NCBI GenBank assembly: GCA_964236955.1
Contig: CAXSGP010000089.1
Coordinates: 1-19,680 of the forward strand
DNA length: 19,680 nt
Direction of reading: 5' to 3'
DNA from: an uncultured Oligoflexus sp.
Lineage (GTDB): Bacteria; Bdellovibrionota_B; Oligoflexia; Oligoflexales; Oligoflexaceae
Below the pieces are notes generated by a model. It did not search any database and was not told the origin of the DNA. It saw only the letters and a list, made by a program, of their open reading frames with translations. Positions within the stretch are counted from its first letter, which is position 1; each line of letters opens with the position of its first letter. Both the position numbers and the translations under genes were made by a program. This document shows, piece by piece, positions 7,321-15,668 of this stretch.

Positions 7321-9061
7321 GCGTAACCCCCGGGCTGTTGAGGTCGCTTTTTTCCAGGTGCGCGACCATTGGAATGTCGAGGAGTCGGATCTGCCCATCA
7401 TTCATGCGATAGATGCGGTCGCAAAGCTGAAGGCTTGAGAGTCGGTGAGCCGTCCATAGCACGGCTCGATTCTTCAGATAGGGGGCGAGGTTGTGCAAAA
7501 TCTTTGCTTCTGTCACGCTATCGACCGCGCTCAGGCAGTCGTCAAGAATTAAGATTGGCGAGGGTTTTAAAAGGGCGCGAGCCAGCGAAAGACGCTGCTT
7601 TTGCCCGCCCGAGAGATTGATGCCCCACTCCCCTATCCAACTTTCAAGGCCATCGGAAAACTGTTCCATATCCTGCCAAAGGTCGACACAGTGCAGAACG
7701 GCGATAAGCTGCTCATCGGGAAGGGTCTGCGAAGGCGCAAGGTTGTGACGAATGCTGCCGGCAAAAAGAAAAGGTCTTTGCGGCACCATCGTGATTTTTT
7801 CCGTCATCCACGCCCGTGAGTTTTCGTCGACCGAGGACCCACAGATCCAGATTTTTCCCGTAAAGCTATCGGCGAGGCCGGCGATCGTTTGAACGAGCGT
7901 GGTCTTGCCACAACCAATAGGCCCCATGAACCCAACATGATCGCCGAGTTCCAGCTTGAGGTTTACTTTATCAAGTACGGCCCGTTCGGGATGATAGTGG
8001 ATGCTGACGTCTTGCGTGACGATCGCCGGGCCAGGGACGCCAGTTCGAATCTGTTTGGGTTTGTCGTCGACAAATTCGAGATCAAAAAGCTCACCGATAC
8101 GTTGGTAACTGGCAAAGCCGGTTTGCCATTCCGCAATGTTGTTGCCAAGTTCAAAGAGAGGCGATTGCAGAAGCAGGACATAAGACTGTAGGGCCAGAAA
8201 GGCGCCTATTGTAAGCGTGCCCTGCTGAATCTGATAGATCCCATAGGAATAGAGAACAGCATAAGCATAAAGGGTGGGAAGGGCGCTTATGATAAAAATC
8301 TTCCAGCCGACTTTTAAAACCTCGTACTGCCTTAAAGCATATTCATGCGCATAGCTTCCCAAACGGTCCAGCCATACGCTTTCGCTTGCCGTGGACCTCT
8401 GAAGTCTTATCGTATTCACCGCCTGGGAGATCAGGTCGGATAAGAGCGATAGCTGCTCCTGGGCATAGGCATGAAGGCGGTACTCCTCTTTGGATATCTT
8501 AAGGATACGCTTTGGCAAAAAGGGCAGGATGGCCAGACAGAGAAGGGCGGTGGGGGCATCGATGAGCAGCATGGAAATCGGCGAGAGTATGGAAAAGAAG
8601 ATCAGATCGAAAGTCATTACTAGAGTGAAACCATGAATGAACCGCGTCTTATTCCAATCGCCGGTCGCTCGGTTCATCAGGTCGCCCAAAGAATGGCGAT
8701 CGAGAAGGGACAGAGGTTGATCCTTGAGGATGTCCCAGATTTTGGTCTTGATCGTATGCCCTGCGATGTGACTTTGCCGAGCCAGGATCTGACGCCATAG
8801 AATGCGGCCCAGCCAGCCGACGGTTAGGCTTAGCAGGAGACAGATGATCAAGGCATCGAGTGTGTCCCCAGGTGTCGCCCGTTGGAAATAGTCGGGAATT
8901 TGAGTTTTGCTCGTGGCAACCTCGATCGACCATTGGATGAATTTGGGCAGCATGACTTCGGAAAGGCTGGTGATCAGCATGGCGAACATGCCGAGACCGT
9001 AGACAAGCCAATTTTTTCGTAGCGTACCAAAAAATAGTCGATAGGGATCATTCTTGCTCAT
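7307..9061 (-). CDS. ABC exporter, fused permease/ATPase subunit (MdlA/BmrC-like half of a heterodimer)
   Basis: N-terminal TM domain with GDLMNRATGD; Walker A GPIGCGKT, signature LSGGQKQR, non-canonical Walker B ILILDD, D-loop SAVD, AHRLS. Confidence 0.9.
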   Translation of the reverse strand: MSKNDPYRLFFGTLRKNWLVYGLGMFAMLITSLSEVMLPKFIQWSIEVATSKTQIPDYFQRATPGDTLDALIICLLLSLTVGWLGRILWRQILARQSHIAGHTIKTKIWDILKDQPLSLLDRHSLGDLMNRATGDWNKTRFIHGFTLVMTFDLIFFSILSPISMLLIDAPTALLCLAILPFLPKRILKISKEEYRLHAYAQEQLSLLSDLISQAVNTIRLQRSTASESVWLDRLGSYAHEYALRQYEVLKVGWKIFIISALPTLYAYAVLYSYGIYQIQQGTLTIGAFLALQSYVLLLQSPLFELGNNIAEWQTGFASYQRIGELFDLEFVDDKPKQIRTGVPGPAIVTQDVSIHYHPERAVLDKVNLKLELGDHVGFMGPIGCGKTTLVQTIAGLADSFTGKIWICGSSVDENSRAWMTEKITMVPQRPFLFAGSIRHNLAPSQTLPDEQLIAVLHCVDLWQDMEQFSDGLESWIGEWGINLSGGQKQRLSLARALLKPSPILILDDCLSAVDSVTEAKILHNLAPYLKNRAVLWTAHRLSSLQLCDRIYRMNDGQIRLLDIPMVAHLEKSDLNSPGVTLATS

Positions 9062-9181
9062 GCTACTTCTCTATTCTGAAGACTCAGACTCATGCAGCTG
9101 AAGCCATAAAAGTTCAAGATCGATTCTTCACCGATAGGATTGCAGGTACTCTAGCGTAGGAAATTATCGAGGAAGAGGCAA

Positions 9182-9204
9182 TGCGCTCCCGAGAAGGGAG
9201 CACA
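9182..9204 (-). terminator. Putative stem-loop/terminator downstream of fabI
   Basis: Minus strand TGTGCTCCC-TTCTC-GGGAGCGCA: 9-bp stem with one G-U pair, about 60 nt after the fabI stop; U-tract is weak. Confidence 0.4.
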
Positions 9205-9263
9205 AATTAGGCCTTATTTTCGCGAATCGGGGGCTGGGGATAAACGATGAAAGCAAGGCTAGC

Positions 9264-10070
9264 TTAGGTTTCTGCCGTTTGCGTCACGCCCATAATATGG
9301 TAGCCGGCATCGACGTGCAAAATTTCACCAGTGGTCATTTTGCCATAGTCACTCGAGAGAAAACAAGCCGCTGCACCGACATCATCGGCTGTGATATTGC
9401 TACGCAGAGGTGAGGACTGTTCGTAAAGGCTTAGCATCTTTTTAAAATCACCCACGGCCGAGGCCGCGAGAGTTTTAACAGGGCCGGCACTGATGGCATT
9501 GACCCGAATCCTGTTCGCGCCCAGTTCATAAGCTGTGTAACGAACCGCAGCGTCTAAGGCGGCTTTGGCGACACCCATGAGGTTGTAACCCGGCATAACC
9601 TTTTCGCCACCAAAGTAAGTCATGGCACAGATCGAGCCTCTGCCATCTTGAACCATGATGGGAGCGGCATAGCGGGCTACGGCTAAAAAGCTGTATACAC
9701 TGATGTCCATTGCCGAAGCAAAGCCGCTACGACTTGCTTGATGAGTGGGGCATTTCAGATCATCGGTAGGAGCAAAAGCGATCGAATGGATCACGAAGTC
9801 AATTTTGCCCATTGCTTCCTGAACCTGAGCAAAGAAGGCCTGGATATCCTTGTCCTGAGCCACGTCGCAGGAGGCCACGATCAGAGGCTTCAGATCCTTG
9901 GTGACATCGCGAACCCGTTCCTGGTTCCGGCTCCGCTCACCAGCATCCGGCAAATAGCTGAAGCCAAGCTCTGCACCCTCTTTGTGCATGAGACGGGCCA
10001 CAGCCGTAGCGATCGAACGTTCGTTCGCCACACCCATAATTACACCACGTTTGCCTGATAATAATCCCAT
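9264..10070 (-). CDS. fabI: Enoyl-ACP reductase FabI
   Basis: GVANERSIA, HSIAFAP, YNLMGVAKAAL (YxxMxxxK), RVNAISAGPVKTLAAS, TGEILHVDAG; ATG at 10070 with GAGGGGG SD. Confidence 0.95.
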   Translation of the reverse strand: MGLLSGKRGVIMGVANERSIATAVARLMHKEGAELGFSYLPDAGERSRNQERVRDVTKDLKPLIVASCDVAQDKDIQAFFAQVQEAMGKIDFVIHSIAFAPTDDLKCPTHQASRSGFASAMDISVYSFLAVARYAAPIMVQDGRGSICAMTYFGGEKVMPGYNLMGVAKAALDAAVRYTAYELGANRIRVNAISAGPVKTLAASAVGDFKKMLSLYEQSSPLRSNITADDVGAAACFLSSDYGKMTTGEILHVDAGYHIMGVTQTAET

Positions 10071-10080
10071 AAATCCCCCT

Positions 10081-10386
10081 TCAGCCCTCATGTTCTTCGG
10101 TGAACGACTCAAAGTCTTCTAAAATAGTATTTTCGGAATGGATGCGGCCAAAACCTGAATCTTCGCAAGCGTCCGATATGGCGTCGATTAAACCACTGAG
10201 TTTCATTTCCGAAGGATGTACCGCAGCCACAACGACCGCAGCCTCACCGCCTTTGTGAAATTCATCGGCGATTTCTACGCTGATTCGAAATCGGGCGCGC
10301 AACTTCTCGACCAACGAAGTGAGGTCGCGAAGGTCGTGGGCTTTGGCTTGGCTCTCAAAAGTTAACTTAGTTATGACGAAAAACAT
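10081..10386 (-). CDS. DUF503/YlxP-like small protein
   Basis: 101 aa; pattern SLVEKLRARFRISVE...AAVVVAAV resembles DUF503 family; 9-10 nt gaps to both neighbours. Confidence 0.6.
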   Translation of the reverse strand: MFFVITKLTFESQAKAHDLRDLTSLVEKLRARFRISVEIADEFHKGGEAAVVVAAVHPSEMKLSGLIDAISDACEDSGFGRIHSENTILEDFESFTEEHEG

Positions 10387-10395
10387 ATTTTAAAC

Positions 10396-10734
10396 TCACG
10401 AAAGAATTACGATAGTCACGGTTATAGGAAGCTCGCAGGTAAAAAGCAGCTTATATTTATGCTTGAGCTGGACTTTCCAAAATCGGGGAAGTTTTGAAAA
10501 GCCGGTAAAGCTTGAGCAAACATCTGTCCAGATCCCTTCCTCCCGCCATTGCCAGTGCAAAGCGGAGTTCGGATTTTTACAAAATTTTTGGCTGGCTATC
10601 GCATCGTTACTGAGGATGATATGCCGAAGCGATGTGGCCTGAGCCAAAGCTGTCTCAAAACGGGCAGCCTCAACCAGACCATTAGCTAGGATCAACACGA
10701 GTAGGACTAAGCCAAAAATGCCAAGTGCATTCAT
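10396..10734 (-). CDS. Hypothetical membrane-anchored protein, possibly minor-pilin/TadE-like
   Basis: 112 aa; N-terminal hydrophobic helix, three Cys; sits 12 nt after the flp stop and 9 nt before the next start. Confidence 0.55.
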   Translation of the reverse strand: MNALGIFGLVLLVLILANGLVEAARFETALAQATSLRHIILSNDAIASQKFCKNPNSALHWQWREEGIWTDVCSSFTGFSKLPRFWKVQLKHKYKLLFTCELPITVTIVILS

Positions 10735-10746
10735 TAGAGTACCGAC

Positions 10747-10938
10747 TCATTCAAAAGGGTTAAGGGCATCGAGCCCCAAATCGATGCCGAGCTTTTGCTC
10801 AATGCCACTCAGTTTTTCCCGGGTGGCTTTGCCGACAATGGCGATAGCGGCTACGGCCAGGAGCAAACCAAAGATCGAGACGACGATGTACTCTAAGGCG
10901 ACGCCGCCGGATTCTCGGTTCGTATGAAAGGCTCTCAT
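10747..10938 (-). CDS. flp: Flp/Fap (type IVc, Tad) pilin, 63 aa
   Basis: MRAFHTNRESG|GVALEYIVVSIFGLLLAVAAIAIVG: class III signal with Gly at -1, Glu+5, Tyr+6 and a hydrophobic helix; strong SD AGAGGAG before ATG 10938. Confidence 0.8.
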   Translation of the reverse strand: MRAFHTNRESGGVALEYIVVSIFGLLLAVAAIAIVGKATREKLSGIEQKLGIDLGLDALNPFE

Positions 10939-11192
10939 AGAATTCTCCTCTTTTTTAATTATGCTGGTTTCAGCTTCAAACAACGCTTTGCAGAGCTTTA
11001 AGGTTTTTCATTTGGCTTTGCCAGGGACATCTTCTTGAGCGAAGGGAACCCTCCGAGGTAGGATACTCTAGGCCCGAGATCACAAATGGAGCGAGTCGAC
11101 CTTTCCTTTCTGAATCCGGAAGGAATTCAACGCTTGCGTCCTGCCAGCCGAGGGACCTGTCTTCTATCCGTGGAAAACGAAGGAAAGCCGCA

Positions 11193-12230
11193 ATGAGTCA
11201 GGAAACGATGTCTTTAGAAACAGCGACGGGACTGGTTCAGAACCTCAAGGAGGCTGTCGCCGAATCGATCTTTGGGCAGGAAGATTTAATCACGGAAGCT
11301 GTTTGCTGCTTAGTCTCGGGCGGCCACATCCTCATGACCGGTGCGCCTGGGCTGGCGAAAACCTCGCTCGTTCGCGTTTTTGCTCAAAACCTTGGGCTTC
11401 AGTTCGGCCGCGTGCAGTTTACCCCGGACCTTCTGCCGAGCGATATCATAGGCTCTGATATTCTTAATATCGATGACGAGACGGGTCGCAAACATTTTGA
11501 GTTTGCCAAAGGCCCGGTCTTTGTCAATCTCCTGCTGGCCGACGAAATCAACCGGGCTTCACCGCGGACCCAGTCGGCCCTGCTGGAAGCGATGCAGGAG
11601 CGAACCTGTACGGTCGGCGGCACGAGTTATCAGCTGCCCGACCCCTTTATGGTGTTTGCAACCCAAAACCCCTTTGAGTCCGAAGGGGCCTTCCCATTGC
11701 CCGAAGCCCAGCTCGACCGCTTTCTCATCCATACTCTGGTCGATTACCCGGCGGTCGAGGATGAGGAGAAGATCCTTCAGGCCCATGTCGGCAACCGTCT
11801 CGTCGGTGAGCAAAAAGGCCCCATTCGTGGAGTAAGCAAGATCGGACTGGAAGGGGTGAGGGCCCTGATCGCCGCCAAGCAGGAGGTTAAGATGCCCGAG
11901 GAGATCGTGAGGATGATCAATCTTCTCGTGCGCTCGACCCGTCCCAAGGATGCCGCCTGTCCGGATTCTGTCAAGAATCTGATCTGGTATGGAGCGGGTC
12001 CAAGGGCTGGTATCAGTTTGATTTCAGTCTGTCGGGCCATCGCTTTGCTGGAAGGTTCCGATACCGTCCGCTGGCGCCACGTCAAGCGCATGGCCAAACC
12101 TGTGCTCAGACATAGGATTCGCCTCGGCATTCATGCCCAAAGCGAGCAGTATGCGGAAGATCAGATCATTGATATCTTAGTCAAGCAGATCGAAGAGCAA
12201 GCTGAACTTAAAGCCAAAGGATGGCTATGA
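11193..12230 (+). CDS. moxR: MoxR-family AAA+ ATPase
   Basis: Walker A GAPGLAKT, RVQFTPDLLPSD, Walker B LLADEINRA, ALLEAMQE, ATQNP, LPEAQLDRF, GAGPRA; AAGGA SD. Confidence 0.95.
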   Translation: MSQETMSLETATGLVQNLKEAVAESIFGQEDLITEAVCCLVSGGHILMTGAPGLAKTSLVRVFAQNLGLQFGRVQFTPDLLPSDIIGSDILNIDDETGRKHFEFAKGPVFVNLLLADEINRASPRTQSALLEAMQERTCTVGGTSYQLPDPFMVFATQNPFESEGAFPLPEAQLDRFLIHTLVDYPAVEDEEKILQAHVGNRLVGEQKGPIRGVSKIGLEGVRALIAAKQEVKMPEEIVRMINLLVRSTRPKDAACPDSVKNLIWYGAGPRAGISLISVCRAIALLEGSDTVRWRHVKRMAKPVLRHRIRLGIHAQSEQYAEDQIIDILVKQIEEQAELKAKGWL

Positions 12231-13144
12231 GCAACGGTCCCATCGGTACGCCGCTTTTAAAGCAACTGACCCCCTATCACCCAATAGAGCCGAGTCATCA
12301 GAAATACGTATCGGTTGCCCGCTTTCACGGCACTCAAAAGCTGAACCTGATGCGGCCGACCCGTCTTCCGGCCAATAGCCGCCGCTACACGCACGGCGAT
12401 CCCGTGCATCTTATCGACTGGCGAGCCTACGCTCGCAACGAGCAGCTGGTCATTCGCGAGCAAAATGACGAAGCCAGCTGCAAGGTCAATATTTTTATCG
12501 ATCTCTCCGATTCCATGCAATGGCCGGAGCCTGCTGAGCAGCGCGAAAAAAACTTGTGTTCCAAGCTCGAACTGGCCTGGCGCATGACTCTAAACCTGGC
12601 CTATCAGTTCTATCGCTGGGGTGACCAGGTTAAAGTCTATGCCGTAAGGGGCAAACAGGTTCTGCCGGTTCGTATGCGCTCGCAAGTCGACGCGGCCATC
12701 ATCTTTGAAAAATTGGCTCTAAAATCCTTTCAAGCTGCGGACACTGACTTTCTTCAGGGCCGTCCCCAGTCAAGCTTTCGCGAAGAGTCGGGCGACCTCG
12801 TCTACTGGATCAGCGATGGCTTTCAGGGTGTGCCCGACTGGATCAATTCCCGTTCGCTCGTCTGTTGGCTGCAGGTCTTGTCGTCGCTGGAACTCGATAC
12901 GAAATGGCTCGATCCTGATTCCTGCTACTTTGAAACACGAAAACAAGGCCACGAATTCATGGGCACAGCTCTTCTGCAGAATGACAATCTGCATCGTGCG
13001 GTTCACGAATGGCTGCATCAGATTGCTGAAGATTGGCTTAAAAAATTCACTCATCATCTCCTCCTCACGGACATGACTCCTATCCATCATTATATCTTTG
13101 CTCTCGAACAGCCGTGGCTCCGTGGCATTAGAGGAAGGGTCTAG
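12227..13144 (+). CDS. DUF58 domain protein (vWA-like MoxR partner)
   Basis: RRYTHGDPVHLIDWRAYAR and MIDAS-like IDLSDSM; ATGA overlap with the moxR stop (alternative ATG at 12221). Confidence 0.85.
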   Translation: MSNGPIGTPLLKQLTPYHPIEPSHQKYVSVARFHGTQKLNLMRPTRLPANSRRYTHGDPVHLIDWRAYARNEQLVIREQNDEASCKVNIFIDLSDSMQWPEPAEQREKNLCSKLELAWRMTLNLAYQFYRWGDQVKVYAVRGKQVLPVRMRSQVDAAIIFEKLALKSFQAADTDFLQGRPQSSFREESGDLVYWISDGFQGVPDWINSRSLVCWLQVLSSLELDTKWLDPDSCYFETRKQGHEFMGTALLQNDNLHRAVHEWLHQIAEDWLKKFTHHLLLTDMTPIHHYIFALEQPWLRGIRGRV

Positions 13145-13147
13145 ATC

Positions 13148-15667
13148 ATGTTTAGCGGAATTAGCTGGAACATCGGAGCAGCCATCTTTGCTTTTGTGGG
13201 CGCACTTTTGGTCGCTGTGCTTCTCTGGTTTTTATTGAGGCAACAGAAAAAACGCTCGCTCTTACCCATTCTGCAGGTCCTCGAACTGCAGATCAAAGCG
13301 GTGCCCAAACTCCGCTGGACCAAGCCTCCGCTCTGGCCGTTCATCTGCTTTCTGTTGGCAGCCGCAGCGCTTGCGGTCTTTAGTCTTGAGCCTTCCGAAG
13401 CGCTTATGAAGCGGGAGAATCTTGATCTGCGCTACACCCACATCGTCTTCGATTTGAGTCCATCGATAGCTGCCGCCATCAATACCGACGAATACACACG
13501 ACTGGCTGATGATGTTTTGAGTCGGCTCGACCATAAGTCAAAATTAACTTTCAGCGTTTCGTCGTCACCGGATATCTACGCCTTGGACCGGCGCCGTGAC
13601 CTTAAGCAATTCATTGGCAAAGAGGGCATGCACAGAGCTGGTTTTAAAATCGGTGCGGCGGTCGAGCAGATTCTCGCCGCCGCTCCCGATATCGAGCATC
13701 TGGTGATCGTATCGGATAGCGACAGAGCCAGCTGGGAAGATTTTAATTGGGCCTACCTTGAGAAAAAAGTGCAGGTCTCCTGGTATCCGCTGCAAAAAAC
13801 CATCAAGCGCGGCAACAATGTCTTTATCGATGACGTAAAGGCGCCTACCCCCAGTGCCGCTGCCCAAAACTGGACCGTAACAATACGCCGCTCCGGGCCA
13901 GGCGAAGCCATCAAAGGCAGCTTAAACCTTGTGGTTGATGGCAAATCAGTAGGGGAACAGCAATGGACTTTTGAGGGTTCGACGAGCAGCATTGAAATGG
14001 AAATGAAATTACCGAATGACTTAAAACCCGTGCAAAAAATCCTTACCTGGCAGCTTAAAACAAACGCACCGGATGATCTCGCCGCCGACAATATCTTTCG
14101 GTCCTGGCTTGATACGCGCGACCGTAAGGCGATCCTCATCTCCCAGCCACGCGGGGAAATGTTTCTTGAGGACGCGATCTTTCATCTGCGCACCAGTCTC
14201 GATGTCCTGGGTTTTAAGACGCAAAGGCTCGATAAGATACGTCCGGAAACTGAATTCAACAGTCAGCTCTTGATTGCTGAAGCGAAACCTGCTGAACCAA
14301 AGTCGCTATTCTGTCCCGAGGTTAACAGAGCAAGCGAATACAATAGACAGATCTGGCTGCTCCCCAGCGAAGGCCTTCGCGATTACGGCGAACTTTGTTC
14401 TTGTGCCAGCCGGTTTATCCAGGCTCCGAGAGTGATCGAAGGAACGCCGAGCTACTGTGAGAATATCGAGACGCGCGATCAATATATAAGTGTCCTGCAA
14501 TCGCTGGGCGCTTTGCAGCTGGGCGGCGATGTCAGTAGCCCGCTCGGGGCCCTTGCCATGCAGTATCTGAACAAAAAAACCGGGATCCGCCTCCTGGCTT
14601 TCAGCGTTCCACTCAACCCTTCGCCTGAGACTGGAATAAGTTTCGGACGGATGCCGCTCATTCTGAACTCGCTCTTTCAGCTCATGCCCCTCGATAGCCG
14701 CACCCTAAGCTTTGGCAAGTGGCCGCGTCTGGAAAGTATTTCCAATGCCTTTGGAATTGAGCATCTGGCGTTAAGCAATATCCCGTTTTTGGAAAGCAGT
14801 CTGCAGGTCCTTCCTGAATCGCGAATGCCGCCTAAGCTGAGTTTTAGTGAGCAGGGCATGGTTAGACAGAATGCGATGGCCAATCGCGAAAACGATGCCA
14901 GACCTTGGGTCATGATCTGCCTTTGGATCCTTGCCATAGCCTTTTGGCTGGAAATTGTGGGAAATGGCATCGGTCGCATTTTTCGCGGCAAGCAATGGGT
15001 CCAGCGGTGGTTTGTCTTCGCCCTTATCAGTCTCGCCGCACTCTTGTCTCATCCCCTCGCCGCCCAGGTGCGCTTGAATATCCTTGGCTATTCTAAAGCA
15101 CCCAACCTCACCGCTGTCAAACGCGACGTCGCGGGCCGGACCAGCATCGAATTGGTCGAGCAATCCAAACAAAACACTGAACTCAACGCTGAGGCCTTGA
15201 GCGAGCCTTGGCTGTGGGTAGCCCAGCCCAGCGTGATCGAGGGTCTTAGCCGCAGAGAACGTGCGGAATTGAATGCCTGGCTCCAGCGCGGCGGATTTTT
15301 GGTAGTCGAAAATTATCGAAATAACGGCGATTTTCGCAACAAGATCGTCGAGGCGATTCCACAGGGGCAGTGGAAACTGATTCCACCCGACCATGAACTG
15401 ATGCGCAGCTTTCATCTTCTCGCATCTTTGCCCCAGTGCGGGGATATTGGTTGGGAAGGCTTTCAATTCGATCAGCGCCTGGCCGTCCTCCTCATCCCTG
15501 GTGATTTTCTTGAAGCGCTTACCGTGCAAAAAGCATCGACCTGCTTTCCGGCCCTCACCCAGGAACAGGCCGGTAAAATCTTTATCAATCTCATGATGGT
15601 AGTATTGACGACTGACTATAAGAAGGACCAGGTCCACCTGCCTGAGATCCTGAAGAGGTTACGTTAA
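13148..15667 (+). CDS. BatA-like N-terminus / vWA / C-terminal DUF4159 membrane protein (839 aa)
   Basis: Two N-terminal TM segments, DLSPS and VIVSD vWA motifs, beta-rich region ending DDLAADN, two internal hydrophobic segments, then WLQRGGFLVVE, IPPDHELMRSFHLL, INL...TDYKKDQVHLPEILKRL typical of DUF4159. Confidence 0.75.
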   Translation: MFSGISWNIGAAIFAFVGALLVAVLLWFLLRQQKKRSLLPILQVLELQIKAVPKLRWTKPPLWPFICFLLAAAALAVFSLEPSEALMKRENLDLRYTHIVFDLSPSIAAAINTDEYTRLADDVLSRLDHKSKLTFSVSSSPDIYALDRRRDLKQFIGKEGMHRAGFKIGAAVEQILAAAPDIEHLVIVSDSDRASWEDFNWAYLEKKVQVSWYPLQKTIKRGNNVFIDDVKAPTPSAAAQNWTVTIRRSGPGEAIKGSLNLVVDGKSVGEQQWTFEGSTSSIEMEMKLPNDLKPVQKILTWQLKTNAPDDLAADNIFRSWLDTRDRKAILISQPRGEMFLEDAIFHLRTSLDVLGFKTQRLDKIRPETEFNSQLLIAEAKPAEPKSLFCPEVNRASEYNRQIWLLPSEGLRDYGELCSCASRFIQAPRVIEGTPSYCENIETRDQYISVLQSLGALQLGGDVSSPLGALAMQYLNKKTGIRLLAFSVPLNPSPETGISFGRMPLILNSLFQLMPLDSRTLSFGKWPRLESISNAFGIEHLALSNIPFLESSLQVLPESRMPPKLSFSEQGMVRQNAMANRENDARPWVMICLWILAIAFWLEIVGNGIGRIFRGKQWVQRWFVFALISLAALLSHPLAAQVRLNILGYSKAPNLTAVKRDVAGRTSIELVEQSKQNTELNAEALSEPWLWVAQPSVIEGLSRRERAELNAWLQRGGFLVVENYRNNGDFRNKIVEAIPQGQWKLIPPDHELMRSFHLLASLPQCGDIGWEGFQFDQRLAVLLIPGDFLEALTVQKASTCFPALTQEQAGKIFINLMMVVLTTDYKKDQVHLPEILKRLR

Positions 15668-15668
15668 C

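Noticed and set aside
11005..11025. Possible sigma-54 promoter (TGGCA) upstream of flp
   Set aside because: No GC at the required 10-nt spacing after GG
14771..15637. 288-aa minus-strand ORF
   Set aside because: Antisense to the conserved DUF4159-like region; shadow ORF
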